Shown here: one piece after another, positions 23,225-30,093 of the stretch
Layout of the letters: every line of letters starts with the position of its first letter
How positions within the stretch are numbered: the stretch's first letter is position 1
Source: Octopus sinensis
Taxonomy: Eukaryota
Direction of reading: 5' to 3'
Assembly (NCBI RefSeq): GCF_006345805.1
Contig: NW_021832484.1
Coordinates: forward strand, 1-30,093
DNA length: 30,093 bases
Translations under genes and position numbers: made by a program
Notes under the pieces: model-generated
Database searches by the model: none
Told to the model about the DNA's origin: nothing
Seen by the model: only the letters and a program-made list of their open reading frames with translations

Positions 23225-23715
23225 TAACAAATTCTGGGGTAGATATAATATTCTTATTATAACATAACAAAGATTAATTTCATCGTTGGGTTGATACGAT
23301 ATGATACCTGTAAAATTCTGGGGTGGATTTAATATCTTTATACCTGTAAAATTCTGGGATAGATATAACATTGCCGTAAAATATCCTAGATATAAACGGA
23401 ATTATAATAGAAGACTAACACTAACTTTACCTTTCATTGTTGTAGAGTGGATAAAATAAAGTAGCAATGATATACTCGGGTAGATTTAATATTCCTATAA
23501 AACATCTGAGATGTCAATGGAATTATAATAGAAGACTAACACTAACTTTACCTTTCATTGTTGTGGGGTTGATAAAATAAAGTAGCAGTGATATACTGGG
23601 GTAGATTTAATATTCCTATAAAACATCTGAGATGTCAATGGAATTATAATAGAAGACTAACACTGTATCTTTCATCGTTGTGGGGTTGAAGTGATGAAGT
23701 ACCAGTAATACCCTG
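23225..23715 (+). repeat. Degenerate tandem repeat, period ~121 bp
   Basis: attataatagaagactaacact at 23401, 23522 and 23643. Confidence 0.85.
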
Positions 23716-24155
23716 CGTTGGATCTCGATCGATTCCACACTCCACCTCCTCTGTCCGTTCTGTCGCCACCCAGATAAATGGTCATTGTGTATTTTCTTAG
23801 AAGCCATAATTATCTGAGACAGTCAGACGGGCTTAGACAATCATGACCTCGGTGCACTTCTGACCTCTGACACACCAATATCAATCATAAACTGCTTTGA
23901 TTCTCTTTGATTCGTATCGGAAGCGACATGGGAGTTGTAATTCCTTATCTTTCTCGATACATAAGGCAACCATCTTTGAGTAAGATTCGACGATGGATGA
24001 TTAGCTGTTAGCTGTTAGAAAGTCGCAAGACGGAACCGAAAACGATCGCTTTGTCTCTTTAAACCCTGGCAAAACGAACTTTCTCTGCCCCAATTCTATA
24101 TCCAAGCAATGGTCCTGAAAATACGGCAAACTTTCTTTCCGTTTATATCATTGGA

Positions 24156-24772
24156 ATCTTTTCGGTTTGACCGGCAGTTTTTAACATAATTTCTAGGTAA
24201 CTAAACACTTTTAAACTTCGTATACTGGTAGAATGTGTTTATAAAATATCTTTTTCTCTTGGCTTTATTGAGAAAATTCTATTGTTTGTAAGATATTTGT
24301 TGTTGTTTTTTCTTCAATATCTGCAATTTCAACCAATCAGTGACGTCTATTGAGGTGAAAACATTCTGCGATCTTTTCGGTTTGACCGGCAGTTTTTAAC
24401 ATAATTTCTAGGTAACTAAAACATTTTAAACTTCGTATACTGGTAGAATGTGTTTATAAAACATCTTTTTCTCTTGGCTTTATTGAGAAAATTCTATAGT
24501 TTGTAAGATATTTGTTGTTTTTTTCTTCTTCAATTTCTGCAATTTCAACCAATCAATGACGTCTATTGAGGTGAAAACATTCTGCGATCTTTTCGGTTTG
24601 AACGGCAGTTTTTTAACATAATTTCTAGCTAACTAAAACATTTTAAACTTCGTATACTGGTAGAATGTGTTTATAAAACATCTTTTTCTCTTGGCTTTAT
24701 TGAGAAAATGCTATAGTTTGTAAGATATTTGGGTTTTTCGGTTTGAATGGCAGTTTTTTAAAATGATTTCTA
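24156..24772. repeat. Tandem array (~215-bp unit, ~2.7 copies plus a fourth start) of one half of the MITE at 1806-2227
   Basis: atcttttcggtttga at 24156, 24371 and 24587; reverse complement of ~2012-2225. Confidence 0.9.
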
Positions 24773-24931
24773 GTTCAAATTCCGCCCAGGTAGCCTTTGC
24801 GGTTCATCTTTCGGAATCGATAAAATAAGTACCAGTCGAATACTGGGGTCGATTCAATCGACTAGCCGACTCCCACCAAGTGTCAAGCAGAAAGTAAATG
24901 TAATATGTGACAATTATTATTCGGTAGCCAT

Positions 24932-24992
24932 GATAAAACTCCGAGTTCCGGATGCCAGGGTGGAAATCCACGCCGCCATCTCTTCAGTTATC
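24932..24992 (-). ncRNA. Degenerate hammerhead motif (GAAA changed to GGAA)
   Basis: Minus strand: gataa CTGAAGA gatg...catc c GGAA CTC-g-GAG TT^ ttatc. Confidence 0.5.
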
Positions 24993-25130
24993 CGGCCATC
25001 GGAAAAAAACGCTCACATATTACATTTACATATAAATTCGTCTATTTACATAATATCGAGGTCTCTTTCTTTCTTTCGTTGTACAATTTCTATCATATAT
25101 ATATATATATATAATATATATATATATATA

Positions 25131-25162
<32 letters not shown>

Positions 25163-25266
25163 CCGGAGTAAACGCATAAATGTGAAACAAGGTGGAAAAA
25201 AGAGTACTCAAATACCAGTGGTAGAGTAATATGTTTTATTTTAAGCAGCAGAAAATTCAACAAAAT

Positions 25267-25304
25267 CTGTTACTCTGAGTTTCTCGTTGCCGTTCATCAG
25301 ACAG
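25267..25304 (-). ncRNA. Minimal type-I hammerhead motif in element 25163-25307
   Basis: Minus strand: ctgt CTGATGA a-cg-gcaa-cg-a GAAA CTC-a-GAG TA^ acag. Confidence 0.7.
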
Positions 25305-25308
25305 TTTA

Positions 25309-25706
25309 GGAGTGGATGTGTGGTAAGTAGCTTGTCTACCAACCGCATGGTTCTGGGTTCAGTCCCACTGCGTGGCACCTTGGGTAAGTGTCTTCTACTA
25401 TAGCCTCGGGCTGACCAAAGCCTTGTGAGTGGATTTGGTAGACGGAAACTGAAAGAAGCCCGTCGTATATATATGTATGTGTGTGTGTTTGTGTGTCTGT
25501 GTTTGTCCCCTAGCATTGCTTGACAACCGATGCTGGTGTGTTTATGTCCCCGTCACTTAGCGGTTCGGCAAAACAGACCGATAGAATAAGTACTGGGCTT
25601 ACAAAAGAATAAGTCGCGGGGTCGATTTGCTCGACTAAAGGCGGTGTTCCAGCATGGCCGCAGTCAAATGACTGAAACAAGTAAAAGAGTAAAAGAGTAA
25701 AAGAGT
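25309..25706 (+). mobile_element. SINE A, near full length, (AAAAGAGT)n tail
   Basis: Direct comparison with the other copies. Confidence 0.92.
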
Positions 25707-26267
25707 ATATATATATAATATCGCTAACCAACTTTTCCGCCGGTTCGGTTTCCACCTACGTTTTCTGACCTCAACTTACGTCACTTTCTCCGACCACCAC
25801 CAACCACCATTACCATTATGGCACCTCCTGCAACCAACACAGACCCCTTCTCATTCTCCACTTCCGTGTGTTGTTCTCTAAACGAGATGTTATGAACGCC
25901 ATAACACCTGTTCTTTCCCATGACCCGCCATACATTATTACTGTTCTTTGTATCACTCCCGTCGCCCCTGTAGTAGTAGTAGCAGCAGTTGTAGTAGTAG
26001 TAGTAGTAGTAGCAGCAGCAGTTGTAGTAGTAGTAGCAGTAGTAGTAGTTGCTATCAATGATGTTGTTATTGTCCAGTTCTCGTCATCATCTCGCTCTTG
26101 GTCAGTCTGTGTGAGTTTGCTACTGCCGGCGTTGTTACTGCTCTTTAGCCCTAGGTCGGGTAATGACCAGTCATAGACAACCATAAAGATCAAAGGCTTT
26201 GCAAAGCGCTGACGATCTTGTATTTTATTCGGACGTACTGTAACTGCATAATAAATTTAGCGGTACG

Positions 26268-26300
<33 letters not shown>

Positions 26301-26440
26301 GATCAATAAATGGTGGGGTTGTGTTGACCGCACGTAGAGAAATGATAAGTAAGGAAAAATTTTTTTAAAAATGCAGAATGCTCAAATGAAAGAAAATTTT
26401 AATAAAATGAGAAATTGATAAAAAATATAAATATATATTA

Positions 26441-26479
26441 ATTCAACCGGTTTTCGTCATTGTATGACTTGTCAAGAAT
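26441..26479 (-). ncRNA. Hammerhead variant with U3-A8 core in TA-flanked element (~26301-26750)
   Basis: Minus strand: attc TTGACAA gtca-tacaa-tgac GAAA ACCGGT T gaat. Confidence 0.6.
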
Positions 26480-26877
26480 ATTTATGTTTTAAAAAGTTTT
26501 TTTAAAAATTAGAAAGGGGAAAAAAAGAAAATTGCATTGTTTTTTGCAAAAGAATAATGATAAAAATGTACAAAAATTAAAAAATAAGTACTCCGATACA
26601 TTGTGAGTTCGTTGTGTATCTTGAGTTTTATGATTGTTCACGAAAAAATTACCTTGAGGTATTAAGATCCAAAGGGATTAAGAGCATGTGTTGTGTGGTT
26701 TAATTCAGCATGTTGGCAGGACAGGAAGTAGTAGTAATTGTGGTTCTTCAATATATATATATGGACACAGGCGCGTGTGTTATATAGCTAGCTAGAGGCA
26801 ATGACCTCTTGGAGCTAATCAACGGCAGCTTTAGTCTTATATTTATGGACTACCATATTAGCTTGGCGATAATTGTT

Positions 26878-26941
<64 letters not shown>

Positions 26942-26944
26942 CAT

Positions 26945-27172
26945 GTATGTTTGTGTGTCTGTGTTTGTCCCCCTAGCATTGCTTGACAACCGATGTTGGT
27001 GTGTTTACGTCCCTGTCACTTAGCGGTTCGGCAAAAGAGACCGATAGAATAAGTACTGGGCTTACAAAAGAATAAGTCCCGGGGTCGATTTGCTCGACTA
27101 TAAAAGGCGGTGCTCCAGCATGGCCGCAGTCAACTGACTGAAACAAGTAAAAGAGTAAAAGAGTAAAAGAGT
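26945..27172 (+). mobile_element. SINE A 3' half
   Basis: From the internal microsatellite to the (AAAAGAGT)n tail. Confidence 0.9.
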
Positions 27173-27233
27173 AGTGTGTAGAAAGGAATTCGTGTAGGGT
27201 TCTTGGTGATGGAGAAAAATACAAGGGAGATGG

Positions 27234-27264
<31 letters not shown>

Positions 27265-27491
27265 GGATAGATCGCAAAAGGATGCGACAGAATATAAAAA
27301 AAAATGGACTGGAAACTGAGAAATGGGATGGAGAGAAAGAGAGAGGAGGGAAAAACAGGGAAGGATACAGCGCGGGTGGGGAAGGCGACAGAGCGAAAGT
27401 GCGAAGACGGAACTGGAAGGGGAAAAAAGAACCCTTTACATTTATTTAGTTTGTTTATTTGTTTTTTATTTGTTTTTGGCTGCTCTTGATA

Positions 27492-27630
27492 CCATCATCA
27501 TCATCATCATCATCGTCATCATCATCGTCGTCATCATCATCGTCATCATCATCATCATCATTATAATCAACATCACCACCACCACCAACATCATCATCAT
27601 CCTCATCATCACCATCATCACCATCATCAA

Positions 27631-27663
<33 letters not shown>

Positions 27664-28430
27664 ACTCACCATTACCATCATCATCATCAGCATCATCATC
27701 ATTACTATTATTATTATTATTATTATCATCATCATCCTCATCATCCTCATCATCCTCATCATCATCATCATCATTATAATCAACATCACCACCACCACCA
27801 TCATCATCATAATCATCATCATCATCATCGTCCTCATCATCATCATCCTCATCCTCATCATCATCATCATCATCATCATCGTCATCATATGTATTTTTAG
27901 AGTTGTGCTTGTTGTTGTCTTCGTCGTCGTCGGCTCCCGCCAATTTCTGTTTGATCACTTCTGTTCAATGTACGTGTGTTCAGTGATGCGTGTCAATGGA
28001 TGCTAGGGGGCGAGGGGGTTGTAGGTAGGCACAAGGAGAGGGAGAAGAAAAAGGGGACAAGATGGAGTCAAAGAATGAGGAGGGCGAATTAGTTAGATTC
28101 AGTGTAGAATATAGTGATGACGTTGATGATGATGATGATGATGATGATGGTAATGATGATGGTTGCTATGCTAATGGTGATGATGATGATGGTGATGGTG
28201 GCAGTGGCAGTGGTGGTGGTCGTGGTGATGATGCCGGTGGCGAAGGTGGCGGAAACTGGGTCTGTTAGTGCTCTCGTAATAAGGGTGGCCGTTGGGGTGG
28301 CATTGATGATGATGATGATGCTGGCAGTGGTGGTGGTGATGATACCGGTGGCGAGGGTGGCGGAAACTGGGTCTGTGAGTCCTCTCGTATTAAGGGTGGC
28401 CATTGGGGTGGCGTTGATGATGATGATATT
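27492..28430. repeat. (CAT)n tract 27492-27888 and (GAT/GGT)n tract 28114-28430 with a 111-bp duplication
   Basis: Direct inspection; ggaaactggg at 28251 and 28362. Confidence 0.9.
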
Positions 28431-28616
28431 ACTGTTTGTCCCTTTTGCCAAACTGCTAAGTTACAGGGACATAAACACCCCAGCAACGGTTGTCAAGCGA
28501 TGGCGAGAGGACCAACACACACACACACATACACACACACATACACACACGCACATACACACACGTTTATGTAGATAGATACACGCAGACACACATATAC
28601 ATGTGTGTGTGTGGTG

Positions 28617-28658
<42 letters not shown>

Positions 28659-28771
28659 GACGGGCTTCTTTCAGTTTCCGTCAACCAAATCCACTCACAA
28701 GGCTTGCCCAAGGTGTCACGCAATGGGACTGAACCCAGAACCATGTGGTTGGGAAGTGAACTTCTTACCAC
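28431..28771 (-). mobile_element. SINE A, partial with internal deletion
   Basis: ttttgccaaactgctaagttacagggac...gaaccatgtggttgggaagtgaacttcttaccaca. Confidence 0.85.
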
Positions 28772-28782
28772 AAAGAAATTCT

Positions 28783-28905
28783 GCTGTGGACTCCCGATTT
28801 CTTATTTTGCTTTCATGGACTCACCCCCTCCGCCGCCACGACCACCACCACCAAATCTTAAGTGGACCCATAGGGAGTCACGTGGACTGTGGTTGAGGAC
28901 CACTG
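28783..28905. mobile_element. Possible hAT-type MITE end
   Basis: ggttgaggaccactg (28891-28905) is the reverse complement of CAGTGGTCCTCAACC, a Charlie/hAT-like terminus; repeated tggac subterminal motifs. Partner end not found. Confidence 0.4.
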
Positions 28906-28959
28906 ATCCAGGCTGAACTGAAATCCTCTACCTATCCTCAAACACCACTGAAAAGAACA

Positions 28960-30093
28960 ATACTACTACCACCCTTACTACCACCACCTCCATCACCACT
29001 ACCACCACCACCTCAATCACTACCACGACCCCCATGACCACCACTAGTAATTCATCACTGAAGCGTAGGTACTCACCTGAGCCACCCGACCCACTTGACC
29101 ACGTATCTACCCTCACTCTGTTCCATGCACAAACCACTACTACCACTACTACCACCACCACCACCACCACCATCACCAACACCACCATTACCATGGACAC
29201 CACTACCACCACCACCTCTACTACAACAACAACAACAACAACAACTACTACTACTACTACTACTACTACTACCATTTCATCGTCTAATAGCTACGTACCC
29301 GACAGTCTTATAATCCACCCGACCAATCTTACATCTACCCTTATTGAATTCTATCACCAAACCACCCCCATCACCACCACCACCACCACCACCACCACCA
29401 CCTATCACCACCACCACCACCACTACCATTGCCTCTCCTGCAGCCTCGTATTTGTTTTATCCTTACAGATCTACGAATTACTCACCTACTTAACCGTCCA
29501 CCCGTCTTTCTGTCCACCCTTATTTCCCCCCCCTCAAATCGTGTTTTGTACACCGATTCAATCTCACTCTGGTTTCTCTCCCTCACTCTCCCTCTCTGTT
29601 TGTCTTTCTGCATGTGTCTGACTCTCTCCCCTGCTCCGACTTTCTCTCCCTTCCTTAGTCTGCCGTCTCTCTCTCTCTCTCCCGTTTTCTCTATCCATCT
29701 CTCTCTCTCTCTCCCGTTTTCTCTATCCATCTCTCTCTCTCTCTCTCCCGTTTTCTCTATCCATCTCTTTCTCTCTCCCTCTCGATGTCTATATGTATCT
29801 CGCTTACTCTCCCTCTACACGCTGTCTCTCATCCACTCGCTCTCTCTCCCTGTCTCTCTTTCACTATATTTCTTTCCATCGCTCTCTCTCTCTCCCTGTC
29901 CTTCTTTCCCTTTATTTCTTTCTATCTCTCTCCCTCTCTCTCCCTTTATTTCTTTCCATCTCTCTTTCTCTCTCTCTCGCTGTTTATATATATATATCTT
30001 GCTCACTCTCCCTCTACACTCTCATTCTCTCTTCCACTCTCTGTCTGTCTGTCTCTGTCTCTCTCTCTCTCTCTCTCACTCAATCACTAACCC
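28960..30093. repeat. (ACC/ACT/ACA)n tracts followed by a long (CT)-rich polypyrimidine tract
   Basis: Direct inspection. Confidence 0.85.

Noticed and set aside
24030-24090. Reverse-transcriptase remnant (FVSLNPGKT)
   Set aside because: Too short and lacking flanking RT motifs to support a call.
29034-29621. Mucin-like Thr-rich coding exon
   Set aside because: Explained by (ACC/ACT/ACA)n repeats; no splice or homology support.
576-30090. Dozens of ORFs rich in YI/HT/CV/LS, poly-D, poly-M, poly-I or poly-T
   Set aside because: They are translations of microsatellites or of SINE A (recurring peptides such as HLPKVPRSGTEP), not genes.

Overview
AT-rich, microsatellite- and repeat-dense animal genomic DNA, most likely an octopus/coleoid cephalopod (inferred from the Pax6 linker peptide and the tRNA-head SINE landscape). 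The only supportable protein-coding content is two + strand exons of Pax6. Exon 2977-3323 encodes most of the paired domain, and exon 7773-7989 encodes the end of the paired domain plus the [11 protein letters not shown] linker. No homeodomain exon is visible, so the rest of the window is apparently one intron of more than 22 kb. The introns hold many tRNA-derived SINEs, a TIR MITE and a tandem array derived from it, a mariner remnant and a 17-copy 107-bp satellite. They also hold about a dozen short elements, mostly in or beside (TA)n tracts, with minimal type-I hammerhead-ribozyme motifs of the Penelope-like-element kind, several as inverted pairs. The best-preserved hammerheads are antisense to Pax6. 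Small unique islands contain a near-perfect Pax6 paired-domain site, a paired-site/TAATCC cluster, a CTCF motif and a CCAAT/YY1/GA-repeat segment ending in a splice donor (possible internal promoter). Nearly all ORFs in the supplied track are microsatellite or SINE artefacts.
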